Shown in pieces: positions 29,354 through 38,794 of a stretch of DNA of 64,000 nucleotides (the stretch's first letter is position 1; the number at the start of each line of letters is the position of its first letter). The DNA lies in the IMG/VR virus record IMGVR_UViG_3300021365_000003. The stretch is one strand, 5' to 3'. A program made the translations under genes and the position numbers. The notes below the pieces were generated by a model. The model made no database searches, was not told the DNA's origin, and worked only from the letters and a program-made list of their open reading frames with translations. Origin of the DNA: a virus.

Positions 29354-31141
29354 ATGTCAGTACTTAAGACACTCACAGAGGGCATCCAGCCCCGTGACCT
29401 TCACCAGGAGTCAAGCGCACTACTTAATAAGTGGGAGCGAACAGGACTACTCGAAGGTCTAAACACAGATGACAAGCGTCACCAGATGGCTCGTCTACTT
29501 GAAAATCAGGCCAAGGAGCTTCTTCGTGAATCATCCACAATGGCCGGCGCCGACGTTGAAGGCTTTGCAGCAGTTGCATTCCCTCTCGTTCGACGTGTAT
29601 TCGCATCACTTGTTGCTCAGGATCTAGTTTCTGTTCAGCCAATGTCACTTCCTTCAGGTCTAATCTTCTTCATGGATTTCACCTTCTCAGCCGAGGGCGG
29701 TATGAACGCCAATGGCGAGCGTCTAGGAAATGCTTCAGCTGACTCAATCTATGGCGGTGGCCGAGTTGCTTCACAGATCACAGGCGGCGTTGTCCTTACC
29801 GGAATCGATGCCGAGCGTGGCCCTTACGCACTCAACAACGGCTTCTCCTCACCGACCGGCACAGTCGTTTCAGCCGGGCTAACCACGCCCGTAGCATCAG
29901 GTACGGTTGGCGATGGCGGTTTTGCTGACTTCACAACTGCGACCGACGGTTTCAGTGGCACGGCAGGCTACGACCTAGCCAACCTACTTCAATTCGATGC
30001 CGACCTTGTATCAGGTTCAGCCTTCGTTGTTGCAACAGCTCCTATCTCTGGTCTTACCGGCGGCGAGTTTAACTTTGACGACTATGTTGCTATTACAATC
30101 ACAGGATCTGGCAAGTCTGATCCACTAGGATTAGGTGCAAACTCAGTTCAAGTTCGACGCCTTACTAGACAAGACCCTGTTAATAGCGCAAATGTTCTTC
30201 TTGTTGCTGCCTCACTAACTGCTTCTGATGCAACTGGTATTGGCCAGCTTAGAACTGCGCTCAACGCTGTAACACACGTTGACATTCCTCTAGCTGACAA
30301 CTTTGATAGTTCCGGCATTGGATCCGTTGTAGGCGCTGCCGAATGGGGACTTGAGAACAACGCTGATATCCCTGAAATCGACATCAAGGTCGATTCCGTA
30401 TCAGTCACCGCAGTCACCAAGAAGCTCAAGGCTAAGTGGACTCCGGAACTTGGTCAGGACCTCAATGCATACCACAACATGGACGCAGAGGTTGAGCTTA
30501 CTTCAATCCTTTCAGAGCAGGTTGCTCTTGAGATTGACCGTGAGATCCTTGAAGACCTTGTCAAGGGATCAACTGCTGGTACATTCTACTGGTCACGTCG
30601 ACCGGGTCGTTTCGTCGACCGTGAGACTGGTGCTGATATCGCCAACGGAACCCAGAACGAGTCACTTCTCGGAGCAGACTTCACTGGTAATGTTTCAGAG
30701 TGGTACGAGACTCTCATTGAGACAATCAATGATGTTTCCGCTCAGATCCACCGTAAGACACTTCGTGGCGGCGCCAACTTTGTTGTTGTCTCCCCCGAAA
30801 TGGCTAACCTTCTTGAGTTCACCGCCGGCTTCCGTGCTGCTGTAACTCACGATGATGACCGTGGTAGCATTGGCGCTGTTCGTGTTGGTTCACTTTCCAA
30901 GAAGTTTGACGTTTATGTCGACCCTTACTTCCTACGCAATGTCGTACTAGTTGGTCGCAAGGGCGCTTCCTTCCTTGAAAGTGGCTACGTGTACGCCCCG
31001 TACGTACCTCTCCAGGTGACTCCGACTATCTTCGGTGTCGAGGACTTCGTACCTCGTAAGGGTGTCATGACCCGATACGCCAAGAAGATGGTTCGTCCGG
31101 ACATGTACGGTCTAGTTATCTGCAAGGACTTCCTTGGATAA
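29354..31141 (+). CDS. Major capsid protein (T4 gp23-like)
   Basis: LLENQ, PLVRRVF, VSVQPMSLPSGLIF, KLKAKWTPELGQDLNAYH, EIDREIL, YAPYVPL, FVPRKGVMTRYA. Confidence 0.97.
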   Translation: MSVLKTLTEGIQPRDLHQESSALLNKWERTGLLEGLNTDDKRHQMARLLENQAKELLRESSTMAGADVEGFAAVAFPLVRRVFASLVAQDLVSVQPMSLPSGLIFFMDFTFSAEGGMNANGERLGNASADSIYGGGRVASQITGGVVLTGIDAERGPYALNNGFSSPTGTVVSAGLTTPVASGTVGDGGFADFTTATDGFSGTAGYDLANLLQFDADLVSGSAFVVATAPISGLTGGEFNFDDYVAITITGSGKSDPLGLGANSVQVRRLTRQDPVNSANVLLVAASLTASDATGIGQLRTALNAVTHVDIPLADNFDSSGIGSVVGAAEWGLENNADIPEIDIKVDSVSVTAVTKKLKAKWTPELGQDLNAYHNMDAEVELTSILSEQVALEIDREILEDLVKGSTAGTFYWSRRPGRFVDRETGADIANGTQNESLLGADFTGNVSEWYETLIETINDVSAQIHRKTLRGGANFVVVSPEMANLLEFTAGFRAAVTHDDDRGSIGAVRVGSLSKKFDVYVDPYFLRNVVLVGRKGASFLESGYVYAPYVPLQVTPTIFGVEDFVPRKGVMTRYAKKMVRPDMYGLVICKDFLG

Positions 31142-31161
31142 GAACTAGTCTAAACTAGGAT

Positions 31162-31200
31162 AAAAGAGGCCTCCGGTGGAAACACCGGGGGTTTTCTTTT
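31162..31200 (+). terminator. Rho-independent terminator after the capsid gene
   Basis: GCCTCCGGTG-GAAA-CACCGGGGGT stem followed by TTTCTTTT. Confidence 0.88.
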
Positions 31201-31207
31201 GCCAAGA

Positions 31208-31217
31208 ACTATTTATG
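31208..31217 (+). promoter_or_regulatory. Putative late promoter motif ACTATTTATG
   Basis: Immediately after the terminator, before the neck genes. Confidence 0.65.
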
Positions 31218-31245
31218 ATAGAGCACTTATAAGGAGAATACACGA

Positions 31246-32508
31246 ATGTCTTTGCCTGTCCTAACACCCACTTCTCAAACATCAGCAATAATACTTCCGC
31301 AGACCGGGACAGCAACTGATGTAACCGTAACTTTACCATACGGCATTTATTCGGCATCAGACTCCTTTCTAACAGGCGCCTCAGACCAAGTTGCCTATAC
31401 ATACAAAATGCTTGGCGGCGACGTTTTGGATATTGAACTTACAGCCGGCAACGTTTATGCGGCTTATGAAGATGCTTGTATAGAATACTCTTATCTAGTC
31501 AATCTACATCAAAGCAAAAACTCTCTTTCTGATCTACTAGGATCCTCAACCGGCTCTTTTGACTCGGACGGCACAATAATAGGTGGCGACGCTTCCGGAT
31601 CAGCAGCTGCTATAAAGTATACTCGCTTTTCATTTGAGTACTCACGAAGAGTTGGTGATGCTGTCGGCACAGAAGTTCGTGTTGGCGGCTTGACTAACAT
31701 TTACTCAGCCTCGATCGATGTTGAGGTCAATAAACAAGATTATGATCTAGAAACCATCCTAAGAGCAGATCCGGTCCATTCATCAAGAGTAGGAACAGAT
31801 AGTAGAATTTTAGTTAGAAAAGTTTTTTATAAGACTCCACAAGCAATGTGGCGTTTTTATGGCTATTATGGCGGCCTAAACGCCGTTGGCAATTTGTCTA
31901 GTTATGGTCAGTTTGCCGATGACTCAACTTTCGAAGTTATTCCAACCTGGCAGAATAAAGCCCAGGCAATGGCTTTTGAGGACGCTATTTATACAAGAAC
32001 AAGCGGCTTTTCATACCAACTAAGAAACAACCAACTTCGTATTTTCCCTTCCCCTACCATTGTTCAGCCCAAAAAGATGTGGATCGAGTATTCAGTAGAT
32101 GAATCACCGCTTTCTTCATCTGTTGGTTATGTTGAGAAACAAATCAATGGTGTAAATAACCTAAACACCCTTCCATACGAAAATGTGCCGTATGCTTCTA
32201 TTAACTCAATAGGCAAACATTGGATTCGGCGCTATGCTTTTGCTGTATCAAAAGGACAACTAGGAGAGATACGTTCTAAGTTCGCCACAGTGCCTATTCC
32301 TGGCGAGTCTGTGACGTTAAACGGCACCGCCCTAAAGGATGAGAGCAAGACAGAAAAGCAAGCCCTTAGAGACGAACTCAAGACCATTATGGACGAGTTG
32401 ACTTATACCAAACTTGCGCAAGATGACCAAACAAAGATTTCGGCCGTGGTTGAGACCTTCAAGGCTATTCCAATGCCGATTTATGCCGGCCCACAAGGTA
32501 GCGCATAA
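31246..32508 (+). CDS. Neck/head-tail adaptor protein (gp13-like)
   Basis: LGGDVLDIEL start; WIRRYAFAVSKGQLGEIRSKF..IPGESVTLNG end; position after the capsid gene. Confidence 0.8.
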   Translation: MSLPVLTPTSQTSAIILPQTGTATDVTVTLPYGIYSASDSFLTGASDQVAYTYKMLGGDVLDIELTAGNVYAAYEDACIEYSYLVNLHQSKNSLSDLLGSSTGSFDSDGTIIGGDASGSAAAIKYTRFSFEYSRRVGDAVGTEVRVGGLTNIYSASIDVEVNKQDYDLETILRADPVHSSRVGTDSRILVRKVFYKTPQAMWRFYGYYGGLNAVGNLSSYGQFADDSTFEVIPTWQNKAQAMAFEDAIYTRTSGFSYQLRNNQLRIFPSPTIVQPKKMWIEYSVDESPLSSSVGYVEKQINGVNNLNTLPYENVPYASINSIGKHWIRRYAFAVSKGQLGEIRSKFATVPIPGESVTLNGTALKDESKTEKQALRDELKTIMDELTYTKLAQDDQTKISAVVETFKAIPMPIYAGPQGSA

Positions 32509-32996
32509 TGGCAGACAACAAATGGTCTAGACCGGCTCAACCGCCCCCGCCACTCTTTTTCAACGAGAAAGAGCGAGATCTAGTAAAACAAGTAAATGAT
32601 GAACTAATAGAAAGAGTAATAGGCCAAACAGTTGCTTATTACCCACTTTCCTTAGAGCATACAAACTATCATTCACTTTATGGGGAGGCAATCCAAAAAT
32701 CTTTCCTTCCTCCAGTTAGAGTATACGCATTGGTCAACTTTGATGGTATCCAAACAGAAACATCAAACTACGGCCTAGACAAAACTGCCTCAATAACTGT
32801 AAACTTCCATAAAAGAAGGCTTACAGAGGACCAAGATCTTTATGTTAGAGAAGGCGACTTTGTGCTGTATGACGAGATCTTATACGAAATAACAACCCTT
32901 ATGGAACCCAGGCTTCTATTTGGACAAGCAGACAGACGATTTGAGATCTCAGCCAAGTGTTTGAGATCGAGAGAAGGATTATTCGATGGACAATAA
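32508..32996 (+). CDS. Head completion/neck protein (gp14-like)
   Basis: ELIERVIGQ..LYGE..REGDFV motifs; synteny. Confidence 0.7.
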   Translation: MADNKWSRPAQPPPPLFFNEKERDLVKQVNDELIERVIGQTVAYYPLSLEHTNYHSLYGEAIQKSFLPPVRVYALVNFDGIQTETSNYGLDKTASITVNFHKRRLTEDQDLYVREGDFVLYDEILYEITTLMEPRLLFGQADRRFEISAKCLRSREGLFDGQ

Positions 32997-33783
32997 CGGA
33001 TCAGAAATTTTAGTGCACATCCCGTTCGAACCCTCAACATTGGAAAACATTGACGAGGCTGTTTTTAACTTTGTCAATGAAGATCTAAACATTAGCACAA
33101 GAACAAACAAAGGGTTCAAGAAAGTTCCGGTTATTTGGCAAGGATCAGAACGAGCTTGGTATACAAAGAAAGATCCAAGAACAAATGACATTCTAAACTT
33201 TCCGATTATTACTGTTGCGAGAACCGGTTTATCAAAAGATCCTTCAAAAAAAGGAATCTTCCAAGGAAATGTTCCTGCCGACTCAAACGGAGCATCAATC
33301 CAAATCGCAAAAAGAATAATGCAAAATAAAACAGCAGATTTCTCCAACGCACTTGCGAAACAACGAACCGGGCAGTCAACGCAGAACAAAAGAAGAAAAA
33401 AGACAAAAACTGTTTATGACTTTATTGGTATACCGCAAGTGGTGCACATCAACCCAACTTATGAAGTAACCCTTACCTCGTTATACACCCAGCAGATGAA
33501 TGAAATGATTCAGCCTTTCATGGTTCGAACCGGAAACATAAACTATAAGGTAGTGGAAAACAACTTTCATCGATATGAAATGTTTATGGATTCAAACTAT
33601 AACATTTCCGACAACTCAGCAAATCTAGGCGACGAACAAAGAAAGTTGGAAGCAAAAATCTCTTTAAATTTAATTGCTTATTTATTTGGCCAGTATGTCA
33701 ACGAAGAAAAGCCAAAAATAATAATCAGGGAAAGCATTGTAGAGTATAAATTCCCAAAAGAAACAACAATTTTTAATTTATAA
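32986..33783 (+). CDS. Tail completion/terminator protein (gp15-like)
   Basis: KVPVIWQGSERAW, FPIITV; synteny before the sheath. Confidence 0.7.
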   Translation: MDNNGSEILVHIPFEPSTLENIDEAVFNFVNEDLNISTRTNKGFKKVPVIWQGSERAWYTKKDPRTNDILNFPIITVARTGLSKDPSKKGIFQGNVPADSNGASIQIAKRIMQNKTADFSNALAKQRTGQSTQNKRRKKTKTVYDFIGIPQVVHINPTYEVTLTSLYTQQMNEMIQPFMVRTGNINYKVVENNFHRYEMFMDSNYNISDNSANLGDEQRKLEAKISLNLIAYLFGQYVNEEKPKIIIRESIVEYKFPKETTIFNL

Positions 33784-33803
33784 GTGTTTTTAGGATTTTT
33801 TCA

Positions 33804-33813
33804 ACTATTTACT
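33804..33813 (+). promoter_or_regulatory. Putative late promoter motif ACTATTTACT
   Basis: Upstream of the sheath gene. Confidence 0.6.
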
Positions 33814-33855
33814 ATTGAACTATAATTATATAATTCAACTAAGGAGTTTTAAGCA

Positions 33856-36735
33856 ATGCCTGCATCAGATTTTACATTTATTTCACCTGGAGTTCAAGTA
33901 CAAGAAATTGATCGTTCAGGAATTCCGGCTGAGGCGCCCCCAATTGGCCCCGCAGTGATTGGCCGGTCAGTCCGAGGACCATCAATGACCCCTGTTCGAC
34001 TTGAGTCAACAGCCGACCTTTATAAGATCTTTGGCCCCCCGTCGCCTGGAGGCAAAGGTGGAGATGTGTGGCGTGAAGGAAACTTTGCCGCCCCGACTTA
34101 CGGAGCATTCGCCGCTGAAGCTTACCTTCGCAACAATAACCCAATAACATTTGTTCGGCTAGCAGGAGAACAGCACCCAGAACTTACTGTGGGATCCGGA
34201 GAAGCTGGCTGGACAGCCACTGAAGCTACTGGCGTATTCGTTGCCAATGTTGTTTCTGGTGCTACGGGCTTCGATCAAACAACTGCTTCACTTGGTGCAG
34301 TATTTTACTTAACAGACGCAGATTCATCAATACAGCTTATAAGCACCACGAACGGCCAAACTACTCCGGTTGATACCGCTGGTACGTTGGTTCAGAATGA
34401 GTCCTCTAACGCACTTGATCTTACATTTACGGCAATTATCTCAGGATCGGGGTATGACACCGACGGCGTCACACTGACCCACCTTACTGCCACGTTCAAC
34501 TTTGATCCAAACTCAGAAAAGTACATCCGTAAGGTATTCAATACCAACCCACACTATACGAATTCAGATCTCTATGCTACCGACACAAGATTAAACTATT
34601 GGTTAGGAGAGACTTTCGAAAGCTCACTACAAGAGATTGTGTGTGGCGGTTCTCCTGGCTCTGGCGCCCCAACTGCACTTAGTGGTACCGGGAAAAACGC
34701 TTTTGCTTTCGTTGCCGAATTGAACGGCAGCACCGCAGATCTGGCAAATCATGCCGCAGCTGCAGCCGTGGCAAAGAGCGGTCTAGTGTTCGCACAGGAC
34801 CTTACACAAGAAACCGGCTCCTACCAGCCCCAGGATCAGCAAAAACTTTTCCGTTTTGCTGCTACTGATGTTCGAGGAGACTGGGACAACAGCAACATCA
34901 AGGTATCAATCGCAAACGTAAAAGCAGCAGTCAACCCAACTGTCGACGCTTACGGCACTTTTGATGTTTTTGTGCGAGATGCTAGTGATACAGATAACGC
35001 CCTAAACCTCCTAGAGTCATTCACGGGTCTAAATCTAAATCCAGCATCACCAGACTATGTTGCTCGTCGAATTGGCGACAGGTACCTAAGCTGGAACACG
35101 ACTGAAAAATACTACGAAGAATATGGAACATATAACAATGTCTCAAAATATATTCGTATGGAAATGAATGACGAAGTCGACAACGCTACTGCTAACCCGG
35201 CAGTTCTTCCGTTTGGTTACTTTGGACCAATAAGAACAGCGACTCAAATAGACAGCGGGGCGCCCATTCCCGCCGCAGGCTTGGCTGTTGCCGCAGCCTC
35301 AATGTTTGCCGGCGTAACACTTACAACCGGATCTCAGTATTCCGGAAATGCCTTCACTTCTAGTATGAACGCCCGAGTCGAATTCCCTCGGATCTCACTT
35401 CGTGAGTCAGGCGCTTATGGCGTCTCAACACCGAAGAGCGCATTCTACGGCGCACGCACACAAGGCACATTCGCCAGACGTGATAACGGCTATGGTGATT
35501 ACACCAGGCGCATCTCTTCAGACATAGGGGATCCTTACGGCTCAGGAGGCACGCTAGCCGCCGGCCTAGAATACTCTTATATCTTCTCACTAGATGATGT
35601 TTCAGGTTCAGCCACAGTCCCTGTTTATGTTTCAGGCTCACGAGCAGAGGGAGAATCTCTCAGAGGTGTAGGCAGCTTTACAGGCTCTCTTCTTGACGCT
35701 GGCATCAACTCATTCACACTACCACTAGTTGGCGGAACAGACGGTTTGGACATTACAGAACCAGAGCCTTTTGCAAACCGACTAATCAACGATCAGACTG
35801 AGCAAAAGTCATATGAGCTATACTCAGTTCGTAAGGCAATCGACATGCTTAGAGACCCTGATGTGGTTGAGCACAATGTTGTAGCCGTGCCGGGCTTGTC
35901 CGACCCTCTTGTAACTGACTACTTGGTTGATATGGCCGAGGAAAGAAAAGACACATTGGCTATTATCGATATCGAAAACGATTACAAGCCTCGTTTTGAG
36001 CTAACTTCCGGCGATATAGGAACAAACAGAACTGCACTTCCTGATCCTAGCACTGCTGTAACCACTATGAAGACACGAGGTTTTGATAGTTCTTACGGCG
36101 CTGCTTACTACCCAGCAGTTCAGATAAGAGACCGAGGATCAAACACTGTGTTGTATGTTCCTGCGACAGTGGCAGCAATGTCAGCGTTTGGTTACACAGA
36201 AAGAGTTGCGGAGCCTTGGTTCGCACCAGCTGGCTTTAACCGTGGCGGCCTCTCAGATGGCTCAACCGGCATTGTAGCAACTGGCGTTTCTAAGCGACTA
36301 TCCTCAAAGGAGAGAGATGACTTATACGGCGTAAACGTTAACCCGATTGCGCAGTTCCCACAAGAAGGAATCGTTATCTTCGGACAGAAAACACTTCAGG
36401 CTAGTGCTTCTGCGCTTGACCGAGTCAATGTTCGTCGACTTCTTATTTTCCTCAAGAAGGAAATTTCAAGAATCGCAAGTACAACTTTATTCCAGCCGAA
36501 TGTTCGTGACACTTGGGCTCAGTTCCTTCTTAGGGCACGGCCGCTCTTGAATGATGTCAAGGCTAAGTTTGGCTTAGAAGATTATAGGCTCATTCTTGAT
36601 GAGACAACAACAACACCTGATCTAGTCGATCGGAACATACTGTATGCAAAAGTACTCCTCAAGCCGACCAGGGCAGTTGAGTTTATTGCAATCGACTTCG
36701 AAATTTTCCGCTCCGGCGCAAGTTTTGATAGCTAA
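33856..36735 (+). CDS. Contractile tail sheath protein (gp18-like)
   Basis: FISPGVQVQEID, PWFAPAGFNRG, VNPIAQFP, IFGQKTLQ, LDRVNVRRLL. Confidence 0.95.
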   Translation: MPASDFTFISPGVQVQEIDRSGIPAEAPPIGPAVIGRSVRGPSMTPVRLESTADLYKIFGPPSPGGKGGDVWREGNFAAPTYGAFAAEAYLRNNNPITFVRLAGEQHPELTVGSGEAGWTATEATGVFVANVVSGATGFDQTTASLGAVFYLTDADSSIQLISTTNGQTTPVDTAGTLVQNESSNALDLTFTAIISGSGYDTDGVTLTHLTATFNFDPNSEKYIRKVFNTNPHYTNSDLYATDTRLNYWLGETFESSLQEIVCGGSPGSGAPTALSGTGKNAFAFVAELNGSTADLANHAAAAAVAKSGLVFAQDLTQETGSYQPQDQQKLFRFAATDVRGDWDNSNIKVSIANVKAAVNPTVDAYGTFDVFVRDASDTDNALNLLESFTGLNLNPASPDYVARRIGDRYLSWNTTEKYYEEYGTYNNVSKYIRMEMNDEVDNATANPAVLPFGYFGPIRTATQIDSGAPIPAAGLAVAAASMFAGVTLTTGSQYSGNAFTSSMNARVEFPRISLRESGAYGVSTPKSAFYGARTQGTFARRDNGYGDYTRRISSDIGDPYGSGGTLAAGLEYSYIFSLDDVSGSATVPVYVSGSRAEGESLRGVGSFTGSLLDAGINSFTLPLVGGTDGLDITEPEPFANRLINDQTEQKSYELYSVRKAIDMLRDPDVVEHNVVAVPGLSDPLVTDYLVDMAEERKDTLAIIDIENDYKPRFELTSGDIGTNRTALPDPSTAVTTMKTRGFDSSYGAAYYPAVQIRDRGSNTVLYVPATVAAMSAFGYTERVAEPWFAPAGFNRGGLSDGSTGIVATGVSKRLSSKERDDLYGVNVNPIAQFPQEGIVIFGQKTLQASASALDRVNVRRLLIFLKKEISRIASTTLFQPNVRDTWAQFLLRARPLLNDVKAKFGLEDYRLILDETTTTPDLVDRNILYAKVLLKPTRAVEFIAIDFEIFRSGASFDS

Positions 36736-36736
36736 G

Positions 36737-36746
36737 ACTATTTAAG
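36737..36746 (+). promoter_or_regulatory. Putative late promoter motif ACTATTTAAG
   Basis: Between sheath and tube genes. Confidence 0.6.
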
Positions 36747-36764
36747 ATAAAGGAGAAATAATAA

Positions 36765-37313
36765 ATGGCATTTTGGAGCAGCAGCACAGAGACCGAACCC
36801 CGTCGTAATTTTAAGTTTTTACTTCGTGTAAACAATCTAGATACTTGGGTAGTGAAAGGAGTTAACCTTCCAACGATAACAGTTGGCGAAGCAACACATC
36901 ATTTCTTAAATCACAGGTTTTATTTTCCTGGAACTATAGAATACAACACTATTTCCTTTACTGTGGTCGACGCCATTAATGAATCGACTTCGCAGACAAT
37001 TATTAAAAGCTTTGTTAATTCAGGATATAAGGTTCCCGATGGTCAAACGCCCGCCGCTACATCATTACTAACCAAAAGAGGGTCCGTTGGGGCATTAGGA
37101 GAAGTAACGATTGAGCAGCTAGGGTCTGGTGAGGATGGTGAAAAAAATAAAATAGGGTTTACCCTTCAAAATGCTTGGGTGAAAAACATTGAATTCCCTC
37201 AGTCTTTGTCTTACGATAATGAAGATTTAAGTGAAATTAAAGTTGAACTTCGTTACGACTTTTTCAATTTCCTTGACGGCGCCGACCCAATTAAAGGCTT
37301 CGGCGGCTCATAA
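36765..37313 (+). CDS. Tail tube protein (gp19-like)
   Basis: EPRRNFKF, LQNAWVKNI, LSYD..ELRYD; follows the sheath gene. Confidence 0.85.
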   Translation: MAFWSSSTETEPRRNFKFLLRVNNLDTWVVKGVNLPTITVGEATHHFLNHRFYFPGTIEYNTISFTVVDAINESTSQTIIKSFVNSGYKVPDGQTPAATSLLTKRGSVGALGEVTIEQLGSGEDGEKNKIGFTLQNAWVKNIEFPQSLSYDNEDLSEIKVELRYDFFNFLDGADPIKGFGGS

Positions 37314-37340
37314 AAAGTTTATTAACCTCATAGGAGTATA

Positions 37341-38189
37341 ATGAGAAATAACCAAGACCGTTTGGGGGCTCCCGAAGTCCCCCAGGCATCCCCGGAACCA
37401 GCACCTGCAATGGCCCAGCAGGGTGCTGACTTTTCTTTTGTGGCCGCAAATGATATTGTTGAGCTTCCATCAAATGGTGAGTTCTATCCAGAGGGTCATC
37501 CTCTTCGAAAGAACCCAACAATAGAAGTAAGACAAATGACCGCTAAGGAGGAAGACATTCTTCTAAACCAATCATACCTAAAGCAAGGCACTGTTGTTGA
37601 AAAGCTTTTACGCTCTTTGATGGTAACAAAAGACTTTGACTTAGACGACCTTTTGATTGGAGACAAGAATGCGATCTTGACCCAAGTGCGAAGATCTGCT
37701 TATGGTGATGAATACCCAGTTGAGGCAGTTTGCCGCTCTTGTATGAAAAAAACCGAAGTAACTTTTGACTTGGAGGAATGTGTTCGCAACAAACCTCTAA
37801 CTTTGTCCGAAGGCGTTGAGGCAACAGGGAAAGGAACATTTACCTTTACAGCACCAAAGACAAAAGCCAAAGTTGAGATACGCTTTCTAACAGGCAAGGA
37901 TGAAAAAGCCTTAGCCGACAAGGAAAAGAAATATAAAAAGCATAACGTTGACTTTTCAGCCGGCCTAGAAACTTACAGGCTCGTTATTGTTTCTGTAAAT
38001 GATAATCCGGACTTAGTTGGATCTTATGTAGAAAACATGCCTCTTCGGGACTCCAAGAAGCTCAAGCAGGTAATGAAAGACATCCAGCCAGGGGTTGAGA
38101 TGAAGGGCGACTTTACTTGCCCTTCCTGTGATACGGAGGTTGAAATGGATCTACCAATCAACTTTCGCTTCCTTTGGCCTGACATCTAG
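37341..38189 (+). CDS. Baseplate hub assembly / tail assembly chaperone (gp26-like)
   Basis: VELPSNG.FY, MTAKEEDIL, LLIGDKNAIL, two CxxC pairs, ends FLWPDI. Confidence 0.75.
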   Translation: MRNNQDRLGAPEVPQASPEPAPAMAQQGADFSFVAANDIVELPSNGEFYPEGHPLRKNPTIEVRQMTAKEEDILLNQSYLKQGTVVEKLLRSLMVTKDFDLDDLLIGDKNAILTQVRRSAYGDEYPVEAVCRSCMKKTEVTFDLEECVRNKPLTLSEGVEATGKGTFTFTAPKTKAKVEIRFLTGKDEKALADKEKKYKKHNVDFSAGLETYRLVIVSVNDNPDLVGSYVENMPLRDSKKLKQVMKDIQPGVEMKGDFTCPSCDTEVEMDLPINFRFLWPDI

Positions 38190-38364
38190 TTACCAAGAAG
38201 CAATCTACGAAGAGTTGTTTGCCCTAAAATACCATGGCGGCTTTTCTTTGTTCGAATCTTATTCAATTCCAGTCGGCCTCAGAAAATGGTTTATTCAAAG
38301 ATTGATTAAACAAAAGGAAGACGAAAAAGAAGCAACGGAGAAAGCTAGAAAAAGCAACAAATAA
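38173..38364 (+). CDS. Chaperone extension, probably reached by +1 frameshift from 37341..38189
   Basis: +1-frame ORF (FGLTSSYQEAIYEELF..PVGLRKWFI) with no ATG or obvious RBS of its own; CTT-T site at 38172. Confidence 0.6.
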   Translation, partial: FGLTSSYQEAIYEELFALKYHGGFSLFESYSIPVGLRKWFIQRLIKQKEDEKEATEKARKSNK

Positions 38365-38365
38365 C

Positions 38366-38394
38366 AAAACCCGCTTTATGGCGGGTTTTCTTTT
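38366..38394 (+). terminator. Rho-independent terminator
   Basis: AAAACCCGC-TTTATG-GCGGGTTTT followed by CTTTT. Confidence 0.85.
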
Positions 38395-38398
38395 ATAA

Positions 38399-38408
38399 AC
38401 TATTTACT
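38399..38408 (+). promoter_or_regulatory. Putative late promoter motif ACTATTTACT
   Basis: Immediately after the terminator, before the tape-measure operon. Confidence 0.6.
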
Positions 38409-38425
38409 GTGTTAGGAGGAAAATT

Positions 38426-38770
38426 ATGTCTGAACGAAAAGAAATTAATGAAGAGAACACATTGAATTTAAATTCAGGTGATTTGGTTCAAGAATATTAT
38501 GCTGCCCGTCAAGGGGCTAAGTTAAAATCAACAATATTAAAGATGCTTGGATTTAAAGATTATTCAAGAATTTTTGATGTTTCCCACATTACCGGAACAA
38601 GATCTCAAGTCGACTCTTTTACAAGGGCCATCGGTGGTGAAAAAAGATATATGAAAGCTGTTGAAAAATACGGTTTGAACAACCCTCGCACTTACGCTTC
38701 AAAGTCAAAGTTGAACACAGCTGTCAGGAACTTTGAGCGTGAAACTGGAATGAAGTGGCCCATTAAGTAA
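38426..38770 (+). CDS. Hypothetical protein
   Basis: AGGAGG RBS; 114 aa. Confidence 0.65.
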   Translation: MSERKEINEENTLNLNSGDLVQEYYAARQGAKLKSTILKMLGFKDYSRIFDVSHITGTRSQVDSFTRAIGGEKRYMKAVEKYGLNNPRTYASKSKLNTAVRNFERETGMKWPIK

Positions 38771-38794
38771 TTTGGGTTTTAAGGTAATTTTGTA

